Both the position numbers and the translations under genes were made by a program. DNA of 63,906 nucleotides, filler included, from Octopus bimaculoides (Eukaryota), in NCBI RefSeq assembly GCF_001194135.2. It is 6 parts of 6 records of this genome, joined end to end, with 100 filler letters (N's around TTAATTAATTAA, not from the genome) between each part and the next. Parts side by side here need not be neighbours in the genome. Positions count along the whole stretch, not along the records: positions 1 to 19,304 come from NC_068982.1; 5 more parts are not named here. One strand, written 5' to 3'. Under the pieces are notes generated by a model. That model was given only the letters and a program-made list of their open reading frames with translations, searched no databases and was not told the origin of the DNA. Of this stretch, positions 1 through 11,607 are shown piece after piece (positions within the stretch are counted from its first letter, which is position 1; the number at the start of each line of letters is the position of its first letter).

Positions 1-228
1 TTCAGTTAGTGGAATAGTTTCATTTTTAAAGTGAAAGTATTTGACATGAGTGTTTTTGCTTCACTTTTGACACGTAATATTTAAATAGTGGAGGAGATAT
101 TATGTTGCCGTGGGCTCGAACTCTGCAAGAAGTTAAACATTTTTTTTTACTAAAACACAACTGGAACCCTAAGTAAGGCATGTGCAAAATTTGAATGAAA
201 TTGGTTGCGTAGTTCTCGAGTTTTAGGG

Positions 229-275
<47 letters not shown>

Positions 276-492
276 GACAGACAGACACACATTCTCATTT
301 TTATATATATAGATACTCTGGGTAATCATTAAGAAATATAGAGATAAACAATATAGTAATTAACTGTGTGTTTAAGTATCATATTAATATTGGGGTAAGT
401 ATGTTTATAAAAATTTAATAAGGGTGTATAAATTCATAAGTAAAAATAAGAAATGGATAGAGTTATAGATAAATTTATATATATTTTAATGC

Positions 493-543
<51 letters not shown>

Positions 544-546
544 TAG

Positions 547-740
547 ACGCAGGCATGGTTGTATGACACAGGCTTAGACGTGGCTGTGTGGTAAGAAGCG
601 TGCTTCCTTAGTACATGGTTTCCAGTTCAGTTCCACTGCGTGGCACATTGGGCAAGTGACTTCTACAATAGCCTCGGGCCGACCAAAGCCTTGTGAGTGG
701 ATTTGATGGACGGAAACTGAAAGAAACCCATCGTATATTA
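547..740 (+). mobile_element. tRNA-derived SINE, family A (CORE-like) head/body
   Basis: TGGCTGTGTGGTAAG (A-box-like), GTTCAGTTCC (B-box-like), then TTGGGCAAGTGACTTCTACAATAGCCTCGGGCCGACCAAAGCCTTGTGAGTGGATTTG. The same sequence recurs at 5406, 13833, 31581, 39650 and 40905. Confidence 0.85.
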
Positions 741-1009
741 CACTACCTGTCTTCGTCTTTTGCTTTTTTTGTGAATTCTCCCTATATATATATCACCAAA
801 TCTAACGATTGCTGGTAACCTGTTCGTAGCAGCACTCACTTAAACATGCATCACTCACATAAACACAAAGGCATATGCATACATACTACCGCACACACAC
901 ATGGATATACTACCCCACACACACACACACACCCACAAAGATATTACCACACACACACACAGAAACACATGAAGGTACTACGACGCACGCACGCACACAC
1001 ACTCACTCA

Positions 1010-1250
1010 CCTGCCTTGAATAAACACTTTCTCTATTTCTCTCCACTTCCGATCATTTCAGCCATGTAATCACGCACACTTCTTTTCCTTAGACTTTTTT
1101 CTTTCTCTACGGACGTTTCCTTTCACCGCTTTTTGACGGAGAGCCATGCTCGAAACATTACACACTCCTTCTTTTTCCGATCTTAAACTGAGCGTCAACT
1201 TAATGCTTGTACTGTGTACACTCTTTTGACTTTTATTGTTTTCATTTTCA
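1010..1250 (+). mobile_element. Probable Penelope-like element terminal (pseudo-LTR) remnant with a decayed minimal hammerhead
   Basis: TTGACGGA-GAGC-cat-GCTC-GAAACATTA at ~1133-1160 resembles the CUGANGA-stemII-GAAAC core of PLE minimal hammerheads, but the core is mutated. Pyrimidine-rich flanks. Confidence 0.3.
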
Positions 1251-1260
1251 TTTTTGATTA

Positions 1261-1336
<76 letters not shown>

Positions 1337-1378
1337 ACTGACAAGTAGGATTTAGATTATCCATAACCAATGGATTGA

Positions 1379-1430
1379 TCACTGCTGATGAGCTTTAATT
1401 CCAAGCGAAACTAGCTAGCTAGTATAGTGA
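1379..1430 (+). ncRNA. Type I hammerhead ribozyme (intact core)
   Basis: Stem I TCACTG(1379-84)/TAGTGA(1425-30); CTGATGA 1385-91; stem II GCTT(1392-95)/AAGC(1403-06) with a 7-nt loop; GAA 1407-09; stem III ACTAG(1410-14)/CTAGT(1419-23) with loop CTAG; predicted cleavage GUA after 1424. Confidence 0.88.
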
Positions 1431-1709
1431 CTTCGCTCGCAGTTATCAACCCCTGTCAGTACATAGACAATGTGCTTTTTGTGGTTATAAGGGTCTTTGA
1501 CTCTTTTTTTTTTTTTTGTCAATCTAGGTGCTACCCAACACACTCAGTCACAATCAGTAACAACTAAATTTTTCCTGTTAGGTTTTATATTGCATCTAGC
1601 CACCTTCGTTATTTTATAATTACCATTTTGCTGAATCACCCATTGATTCATATGGTAAATACTATATACAGACAGGTAGCATTTAGCTTAATCCTAAGTG
1701 ATACAGTAA

Positions 1710-1761
1710 TTACTGTTGATGAGCTTTAATTCCAAGCGAAACTAACATGCTAGTATAGTGA
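1710..1761 (+). ncRNA. Type I hammerhead ribozyme, second copy with C3U core substitution
   Basis: TTACTG/TAGTGA stem I; TTGATGA (1716-22); stem II identical to copy 1; GAA; stem III ACTA/TAGT with loop ACATGC; GUA site ending at 1755. Confidence 0.75.
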
Positions 1762-1944
1762 CCTAGCACACTGTGGAGAGATTATCTCCCCTGTCAGTAC
1801 GTAATGTGCATTTTATGGTTATAATTGTCTTTCACACTTGTTTTTAGCAATGTAACTGCTACCCTGCACCCTCAGTCATTATTAGTGATAATTGAAGTTT
1901 TCGTTTTTGGTTTTATATTGTGTCTAGCCACCTTCGTTATGTTA

Positions 1945-2016
<72 letters not shown>

Positions 2017-2829
2017 TGTGTGTGTGTGTGTGTATCAACTAATAGTTCATTTATCCGAAAAAAAGCAGTGAAAAACGTTAAAGCAGTAATATTTAGAAGA
2101 TTGTTTGTTGTGGCCATTGGTTTCGCATCTGTAAAGCGGTTAGCTCTATAAGCGACTCGTCTGACTCATTGACCGGAAGCACATAACCCTTATACAACTA
2201 GAGGGAGGAATACGTCAGAGTTAATTAATTTTGTAAACAAAAGGATTCAAGCCATAAAAAGCAACCTTCTAAGTATATATATATAAATGGAGTTAAACGC
2301 AGGTGTTATTCAAATTCCGACACATATTTCGAAGATATCACTGGTATAATTTCAAAGGAATAAAATGGTGTAAAACAATAAAATTTCTCTTCAGGGAAAT
2401 GAAGAAATTAAATTCGTCAATAAGACATTTTAATAGAAAATGATGGATATGTATAGTGATTAAGTGAACGCAAATAAGTTTGTTTCGAAAAAACGTTAGA
2501 TGATATAACGTTAAAGGTAGCCTGTAAAAAGAGGATAGGTTAAAGAAAGAAACCAAATAAATGAGAAGTATATAACTATATGTATATTAAATAAAACCAT
2601 ATAGACTTGGAAAAATATATTTAGTGAATGTGAAATTTAATGTTTAAATTTAATGTTTAAATATATAATGATAGATATCACTTATATGAACTAAAAGTGT
2701 GTTTCTGCCAATCTTTACATCGGTATGCACTCTCTATAACCGTGTTTACAAGGGGATTTTAGAAAAAATAATAAAAAATAGTTCAGAATTACAGAGAAGA
2801 CAGAATTCCTTGCCTTTGTCATAAGGTAT

Positions 2830-3166
2830 CGAGATTGAGAGACAGAAGATCGAAGAGCTAGGTTGGGAAAAATTCCTCATCCACCTTATTCTCCCGACCT
2901 TGCCCCAAAGGAGTAAGGTCGGGAGAATCATTTGTGGGGGACATAACTTTCGCAAGACAGGAGGAGGTCGAAACTGACATTTCAGAGTTATTCTCTTTGA
3001 AACCAAAAGAGTTTTACATTGATGGGATTAAAAAGCTTGTAAATAGATGGAAGTAAGTCATAGATAATCAGGGAAAGTACATTGATGATTAAATTTCAAT
3101 TAAATATAACGTTTGATCACTTGTTTTTTTATTCAAAATTCGGACAGAACTTATGGGATGACCTGA
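2830..3166 (+). mobile_element. Mariner transposase 3' remnant with right TIR
   Basis: Translates RQKIEELGWEKFPHPPYSPDLAP ... FARQEEVETDISELFSLKPKEFYIDGIKKLVNRWK*VIDNQGKYIDD*, with frameshifts. Ends in CGGACAGAACTTATGGGATGACCTGA (TIR-like). Confidence 0.85.
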
Positions 3167-3168
3167 TG

Positions 3169-3250
<82 letters not shown>

Positions 3251-3825
3251 CAATATTCCTACTATCCATGAGTGTAAGGCTAGATATGTATGTATTTTCA
3301 TTTATTTGTTTATTAATATTTACACAAATTTTAGCAATTATCCCTTTCCTCTCACACTCTCCCTCACTCTGTCCTTCTTCCTCCTCTCACCTCCTTCTCA
3401 CTCTCTTTCCTCCTCTTCCTCTCTCTTTTTCCCTATCCTCTCTCTTTCTCTTACAGTTCGCCTCATAATTTTCCGCTGTATCATTTTTCCTATTGATATT
3501 CTGTTTCATAAAACTATAAACTCTATGAGCTACCTTCCATTTCCTGTCATGTTTTTTAATCTACGCCATTTTAATTTCCTATACAATTTGTTGTTCTATC
3601 TTATAGCCTATTTGACTCTGTCAGCGTGCGTACATGCATATATACATACACAGATACATGCATGCATACATACATACATACATACATACATACATACATA
3701 CATACATACATACATACATACACACATACATACACAACATACATACACACATACGCATACACAAATACGTTTACATATATATATCCATATGATATATATA
3801 TACATATATATATATATACAAGCAT

Positions 3826-3906
<81 letters not shown>

Positions 3907-4241
3907 AGCATATACATGTATAAATAAGATCCGTGTATGTCTACACGTCTTTAGAATGTGTGGTGGGATATATATATACATATATATACATATATATATT
4001 ATATAATGTATATATACATATACATTGTATAATATATATATTACATGTATATAGATAAAATAGAGTATATATATATACATATGATATATATATAATATAT
4101 ATTTTAATATATGATATATAATATTTATAATGTATATATATATATATATATGAATATATTTTTGTATGTATGTATTATTGTGTGTATATATGTGCATGTG
4201 TGAGTGTGTATGCATGTGTGTATATATACGTTCATGGATGT

Positions 4242-4287
<46 letters not shown>

Positions 4288-4648
4288 GTTCGTGGATGTT
4301 GATATATATATATATCAACATCCATCAACGTCTACGTGTGGTTTAAGTGTGCAGTAGAATGAGACTTCTATCAGCTGCTCGAGAGACATAAATATAGCAG
4401 CAGACAGGTTGATATCATCAAACATAAATGGAACTTTTAAGTGTGTGTGTGAGCGTGTGTTTTTACGTGTGTGTCTAGAGAGACAGAGAGAGAGAGAGAT
4501 ACTAAATGTCGTAAACACTTAAATTACATTCGCAATCAAATACAGACATCAGCTTCCTTCTCTCTCTCCCTCTCTTATTCCATTTCTCTCTTTCTCTCTC
4601 TTTTGCAATATATGTGTATGTGTGTAAATATATATATCCATAAATACA

Positions 4649-4693
<45 letters not shown>

Positions 4694-5283
4694 TTATATA
4701 CATATATACATATATAGATTGATATATACATTCATGTATATGTACATTTATACATATTCATGCATATATATATTTGTATGTGTATGAATGCCTATGTATG
4801 TGCATTTCCATGTGTGTTTGTGTGTATAAACCCAGTGACAGTAGTAAGGTTCATAACTGCTAAAACAGCAGATTATCCAGTACATCTGTTCATCATACAG
4901 TGTATTAAAGCTATGTCAGTAGACTGGAGCTTATGCTACAGCAATTTATAACCATAGAAATATTCGAAACCTGCAGTGCAAGCCAACGAAATGCTGACAA
5001 ATTACACAATGTTTTCTTTACGTTTTAACTTTTACTTATTTCAGTCACTGACGAACAAATTGATTCCAATATTCATTTTTTAAGGCTGATACGTATTCTA
5101 CTGGTCTATATCGCCAAAGTTACGAGGACGTAAACAAAGCAACACCGGATGTTAAGCAGTGATGGGTGGACAAACAGAGATACAAATACACACACTCGCA
5201 CACATAGACATACATACACACATACACACTCATGCACACACAAACACACGCATATATATATATATATGTGTGAGTGTGTGTGT

Positions 5284-5560
<277 letters not shown>

Positions 5561-6266
5561 AGCACCGTGCCTACAGTAATTTGACTCGGCCATGAAAGTT
5601 ATGAACTGTTCAATAACTTTATCCTGGTGGTAAACTAACGACAGTAAAACAAGAGGAACAAAATCGTTATTACTTAGGAAATCTTCTTTGAACTGTTGAG
5701 TCCCCTGGTGATTACTGAGTAAATATATACCATGTGGATAGCAGGTTTCTTCACTTTTAGCAGTGAATGAGTGCATCTTGTGAGGGTTTCGTTACCATTT
5801 TGTGAGAGATAACAAAAAAGCAAACTAAATTTTCAATGATACCCAATACCCGATATGATGTTGGTCTCCCATGCTACTTTATTTAAGTGTAAGCACAAAT
5901 AAATACAGAATTATATTAAGATGGGTTCACTGATATTGTGGAAAAGTTGCCTAGTTGAAAAAGCTCGGTGTACGCAATTGCATCGTCATTAAATTAAAGT
6001 ACCCATTTGTGTCTAGACTAGCCATCTGGGATTAGCCATCTGGTGTACACATATCTAAAGGGAGTCATAGATGGGTATTTTAATTTATTTTTTTTAAACA
6101 TACTTTTTTGTTCTTCAGCTGGTTTTAGTCTGTAGCCATGTTTCTTGTAGAACTGCTTGGTTATAAAAATATAAAAGAATTCAATATAAACCCTAAAACT
6201 CTTTAGACTAGTGTGAAAATAAATCTATATACAAGCAGACACGTTTGCAGATATATACGGTATAGT

Positions 6267-6306
<40 letters not shown>

Positions 6307-6589
6307 NNNNNNNNNNNNNNNNGGAGGAGGAGGAGGAGGAGGAGGAGGAGGAGGAGGAACTCTCCCGGTGATGATGATATATGAATGTTCAGTAAAGAAG
6401 ACAAAACAATTCTAGTCAACTCAAAATGATAAAAGGAGGACAACATTCAAACACAGCCGCTGAACCGGAAAAAACATCACAAACCTACGAAACAAACAAA
6501 AGACTAGTGAAAATATATAAATACAGAACTGGTTATTTCCATATAAATACACTCAAGTAATTTATTCTATGTTTGTTATTTACAATATA

Positions 6590-6700
6590 GTTATGTAGTT
6601 GATAATTGCACCTGTGTATCTGTAGACCAGCGACTGCTTTACAGAAACGATTACAGATGGTACATGTCAAATTTATATTGAGTTGTATTGACACGACAGG
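6590..6700 (-). mobile_element. LINE ORF2 C-terminal C2H2-like zinc-finger remnant
   Basis: LTCTICNRFCKAVAGLQIHRC resembles the terminal CxxC...GLxxH finger of RTE-type ORF2. Confidence 0.5.
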
Positions 6701-6734
6701 ACAGACTTTTGCAGACTTTTCGCCCATCAAATTC

Positions 6735-6830
6735 CATTGCTATAATAGAAAAATACCTGCCGAAAGTGGTGTACCGTGGGATCGAACCCAGAAGTTGCGA
6801 AGTGAACATCCAAGCCACGCAGACATGCCC
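6735..6830 (-). mobile_element. SINE family A head, diverged
   Basis: TATAATAGAAAAATACCTGCCGAAAGTGGTGTACCGTGGGATCGAACCC matches the reversed family A head. Confidence 0.55.
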
Positions 6831-7256
6831 GTGGCTATGTAAAATAATACCTTCACTTTGAGAGAACTCATTGATGCTATGTTTGGAATATTTCGGTGTA
6901 TGTATGGATTTCAAATGAGTCACAGCTGAAATCGTATATGGAAGGGAAGAAAAGTAACGCTTTCATAGAATTGCCTCGTTTCACCCTCACTAATTTTTGT
7001 ATATTCTGTTGTTCTATTATTCTTTAATTGGTTTCTGCCAGAGATTGTGGCCATGCTGGAGCGCCGACATTAACGCCAGTGCTTGTTTATTTTAGAAGCG
7101 AGTATAGAGTAAAAAAAAGTATTAATCCTAACAGCGGCGCCCCCAGCATGGCCACAGTCTCTGACTTAAACTTATAGTATCCTTAAAATAAAACCAAAAT
7201 ATATATCTAATCACATTTAAGAATTTTGTTGTATGTAGAAATAATCAATCACAAAC

Positions 7257-9295
7257 CTCATCACAAATGGATTCTCCGTCTGAGAAGTTGGCAAAGTTCA
7301 CCACTTGGTCACCATTATCCCACAGGGCATATATTGAAGAACTTCTCTCTTCAGTTTCCTTCCTTGATGTTACACTCATGTGGTGGTAGGCCCAACTGAC
7401 GGTCCTTGAAAATCCGTAATCATGTGGCGATAATAGATTCGATACATCGTTAATTATAACTCGATAACTACGTGGATTTCCAAATTCGTTGTTAAACAGT
7501 TTGTTATAAAACAACAGATATTTCGGACTCGATGATTCATAATCAAACGTTGCTTTAGTCTCTGTTTCAATTAAAACACGAGTTAAACGTTTCTGAATGT
7601 GATAATTATTTTTGATCAATCCATCCCAAGGAACATGTGTTCGATACTGTTGTAAATTCCAAGTTTCAAATCGATTTTCTGTTCCTTTCACGTCTAAGTC
7701 AACTTTGTAGTGAAACAAATGATTATGTATATTAGCAATGGTGGTTTTGCTTATTTGTACCCCATATGGACTTTTATTCGGGCTGTAGGAAGTTACCAAA
7801 AGCTTACCTGTAGAATGTATCTGGACTTCAATGGCACCATTTTTATGGAATAAATAATCTATAATGTAGTCGTACGAAAGAAATGTCACAACAGTTCTTA
7901 GAACAAGAATTTTGTCGAGCAAAGCGTCAAAAAAAGTTCCATGCATTGTGTTAAATTTATGCCGACTAAGAGGAACCGTTGTAGACTGGTCAAAAACACA
8001 CAATGCGTTTTCCATTTTCTTCATCCCACCATCATTGGAGGAATAGATGTAAGGAGACAAAAAGGTTGCGTGATTTGGACAATCAACACCAGCGATAAGA
8101 CCTTTGCTTCTTGTACCAAATAAGGCTGTACCATCAATAAAATTTAGCATTATTCCTGCTGGACTAAATCCTGAATATAAAACAGCAATTTCTTGGAGAC
8201 TCATTTCGTAAACAATTTGTTCGTTCCAATAACGAATGTTAAGAATACGTAAGCCAACAGACGGAGTTATATGAAAATGAAATTTCCAATTTAAATAATG
8301 AATAGTTGATTGTTTTAATATTGTGTATGACTTCTTTGAATCGCTTCCACCCGATGATTCTTCCTTTTGCTCATATTTGTGGAAATCACTGAAAGGTTTT
8401 TCTTGGAAGACAGTTCTTTGGTAAAATCTAGTCGTGTTTTCGTTGGAAGTTTTATCATAATCCTGTATGAGATGCGTAAGACTATTATACATTTTATTGT
8501 CAAACCAAACTTTACCGACAGTCCAGTCAGATGGAGTTGGACTAGTTATGTCAGCCTCAAACTGAAAGTTTACAGGTGAAATATCGTAGATAGCTTTATA
8601 AGAAAACCCTAACCAGAGTAAACGACGTTTAGATTTACCGAGAGCTTCGGGTACAGGGGACAGGTAAAATTGCAAACAATGTGCTATGCAACTTATTGGA
8701 AGGGCATCATACTCTTTCAATAAGAAATCCCTGGTTTTATCTTCAACCTTTTTTATAATATAAAACTTCAGGTTCTTCATCTCCATGACAGTTATTGGCC
8801 GTTGATAAAATGGGATGGTCCGAATTTTATGCATGTAAGTAATATTCGAAAGAGGTCCTATAACATATTCCTCAACACAAGGAATAGGTTTATTTCCTCG
8901 AAATATTACGGCCTTAGCTTCACGGTTTGGTAAATATGTTTTTTCATTAAGATAGCGTAAAATATTTTTTTTCTCTGGCATTTTCAGCTCGATAAAATGA
9001 ATAAACGAATCACTGAGAAGAGCTTTCTTTGCAGTGACAATCGAGAGATTACTTCTCTCCTCCAAGAACTTCACGACCAACTCTATTTCATTTGGCAGCA
9101 GTTCATTGTACCACTCAGCTGTCTCTATCACGGGCTCAGCTGGTTTCTCTTCACCCATGTAACAGTTTCTTTCACTGCTGATTACAATCACTGCAATTAA
9201 TAACGACAAACTAACTGCGATCAAGACATAAGTTATCGTTCTCCAAAATTTAAGCGTTTGAGACAGGGCCATATCTTCTGTTCTCCAATTAAAAT
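7257..9295 (-). CDS. Copper-containing amine oxidase, membrane-anchored AOC3/VAP-1/AOC1-like; main coding exon
   Basis: Uninterrupted 675-codon ORF. N-terminal signal anchor ITYVLIAVSLSLLIAVIVIS; REAKAVIF; YEMSLQEIAVLYSG; active-site base FIDG; VDCP...LCVF disulfide pair; TPQ site TFLSYDY; copper ligands IHNHLFHYKVDLDV. Acceptor ttataatttcAG at 9297-9296. Donor GAG|GTTTGT at 7257/7256 (phase 0), at the position preceding the DLVAW..HIPH last exon of vertebrate AOCs. Confidence 0.93.
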
Positions 9296-9539
9296 CTGAA
9301 ATTATAAATCAAACACAGATCATGATTTCAGTATTTTGTAACTGAATAAATTAAATCATTTTAAATTTAGAAACGGAAGTTGGAAATTTCATTGATCTTT
9401 TAAATTATTTTTCTCTGGGCCTAGGACTCATGTGGCCGATTAATCGGTTTCCATGGCGTATAAGTGACTGAAATCATAATATTCACCCCTGAATGGTCTG
9501 TTGCAGAGTTCAATGTCAGCAATTTTAAAAGAAAGGACA

Positions 9540-9738
9540 AATCGATTTCGTCGACCCCAGTACTTAACTGGTACTTTATTTTATACTTTATTTTAACTGG
9601 TACTTTGTTTTATCATGCCCTGAAGAAATGAAAGGCAAAGATGAGCTCAGCAGACTTTGAATTCAGAATGTAAAGAGCCGAAAGAAATACCGCTTAGTAT
9701 TTTGTTCGACGTTCCAACGATTCTGCCAGCTCACGGCC
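9540..9738 (-). mobile_element. tRNA-derived SINE family B
   Basis: Reverse complement of GAGCTGGCAGAATCGTT...TTCTGAATTCAAA...CCTTTCATTTC...AAGTACCAGTT...CTGGGGTCGA, with a small internal duplication. Confidence 0.75.
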
Positions 9739-11223
9739 TTGATCTTTTACATATCATATATCTAATAGCACGTCTAGTTATTATTTCAGAAAGTATCCAC
9801 TTCCTATGGTAAACATATAACAATGAATAACTAACAATGATGAACCTTCGTCTGTAGAGCTTTTCATATGGTGAAACCAAATTCCTTTTACATACGCAGT
9901 TAAAGCCCTTTAAAATATGTATGACTATCACAGCTTTATACATCATCGCTTAACAAATATATGATTTTATGTCTCATTAAAGGAAGTTAACATTTCGTTA
10001 ATTTGTGTGAAGAACACCATACACGAGTTATAAAGATTCCAACAGTCGTATTTACAAGGTCTCCAGTTTCGGTTGAAATCGTCCCATTAACGTCGCTAAA
10101 CCTTTTAAAAGGCTCGCAAGACGGTTTCTTGAAACCAAGCCAACCAGCAAGAGACCTAGAGGTAAACCAAAAACGAGGTGGTTGGATAATATCCATAGTC
10201 TCAGTTGGTTACACTTGGGAATCCAACAAGAAAGTGTAATTACGACTGCTTTTAATAGGACCCTATGGAAGAGATGACTGAGGACTTTACCCTCAAGACC
10301 GTCTCAGGAATATTAGAAGATGAATGGATAGGCAATATTGTTTATAGATATATGGTGAATAATTAAAATATAGCGTTGAGTGTTATTTTTTGGGGATATG
10401 TAAAGTATGTGTGTGTTTACGGTGTTGTTCTGTGAAACCAGGTTCGCAGTTAACCATTGACCATCGTATAGTGTTTGAAAGACCTCTGTAGATTGAGGTC
10501 TTGTTGATGTCAAGTTGAACTGCTCTGATTTCTCCATTGCTTTTAAGAACGCGTAAAAGATAAGATCTTTAAAGTCATATTGGAAGGCATTGAGGTGAAA
10601 AGATAAAAGAGATCCAGGGTGATAAAAGGCATCATCATTTATCATCATTTTACATTGCCTTTGATTAGATGATGCACTCGGCCCAAAATATCAAAGGTCA
10701 CTGGTTTTTTATGCCAAAAGATAGCTTGGAGGAATTTTAAAATGTTAGAGGAAACGGATGCTTTCAGGAAGGAAACGGGTTGATGTGGATATCTTCGTTG
10801 CAACATCAGAAATATCAAAACAGCTAATTAATAGGAATTGGATGAGATATAAAATGAAAGCACCCATCAAGAATATTTGGAAGAAGGTTTTACTGATATC
10901 CTAATGATAGACATGGGAATCGTTTCACAGAATCTAGAGTTTTATAACTAAGTGGCAGTAGAGGGTGTATATACCATGCAATTTTGAAGGATGAGAGATT
11001 TATATCGTTAAAAAACCGTGCGCATTAATAAAGGATAGTAAAGAGGATTGCAGTTTAGAGCGGAGGTAGAATATATCGGGCAGTAGCTTGGTCTCTTTTA
11101 ACGTATTACGTCCATGTGGTACCACATTGTACATGTATGTGTGTGTACGTATATATATAGAGGGAGAGGGGGGAGGGAGAGAGGGAGGGAGGAAAAGAGA
11201 GAGAGAAAGAGAGAAAGAGATAA

Positions 11224-11280
11224 GGGCGCATGGCCTAGTGGTCAAGGCATTGCACTCACGATCTAGAGATCGTGACTGGT
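11224..11280 (+). mobile_element. tRNA-derived SINE family C head (truncated)
   Basis: GGGCGCATGGCCTAGTGGTCAAGGCATTGCACTCACGATC is a tRNA-like A-box head. Related copies at 12379, 53925(-) and 58420. Confidence 0.55.
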
Positions 11281-11344
11281 TTTAGAGTCAAGTTTTGACT
11301 GCTATCTCTAGCATGGTAGTATCTCTTAGATACCCTTAATTATA

Positions 11345-11393
<49 letters not shown>

Positions 11394-11469
11394 ATCTAAT
11401 AAAATAGAAAATTTCTATTTGAAAATCTTTACTCTAGAGTAAAGATTATTTGCCAATATAACGTGACAG

Positions 11470-11607
11470 TTGATTGTTACTGTTTTATGGTGAGCTTGCA
11501 GAGGGGAAACGTTATCGGCATAAACCTAAAAAAAGGTTTAAGGATGGCATAAGGACTGCTATGAAGTCAATTGGAATGGCTCCAAAAGATATAGAAGTCC
11601 TCGCTTC
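11470..11607 (+). mobile_element. RTE-clade LINE ORF2 C-terminal fragment
   Basis: LLFYGELAEGKRYRHKPKKRFKDGIRTAMKSIGMAPKDIEVLA matches the RTE post-RT motif (LYGEL..GKR..G.P.KR.KD). Runs into an N gap. Confidence 0.75.

Larger units (their letters stand above)
1340..1945 (+). mobile_element. Non-LTR retrozyme-like tandem repeat (~331-nt monomer, ~1.8 copies)
   Basis: Two diverged direct copies share CTG(C/T)TGATGAGCTTTAATTCCAAGCGAAACTA, CCCCTGTCAGTAC, GGTTATAA and GGTTTTATATTG..TCTAGCCACCTTCGTTAT. Hammerhead cores lie 331 nt apart (1385 and 1716). Flanked on both sides by (GT)n. Confidence 0.75.

Noticed and set aside
7245-7256. ORF-track C-terminus ...DEVCD* of the amine oxidase
   Set aside because: Read-through into the intron. 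The protein lacks the terminal copper-ligand segment, and a GT donor lies at 7256.
9987-10648. Short ORFs upstream of the AOC exon (69-111 aa)
   Set aside because: No recognisable domain and no convincing in-frame splice pair with the AOC acceptor.
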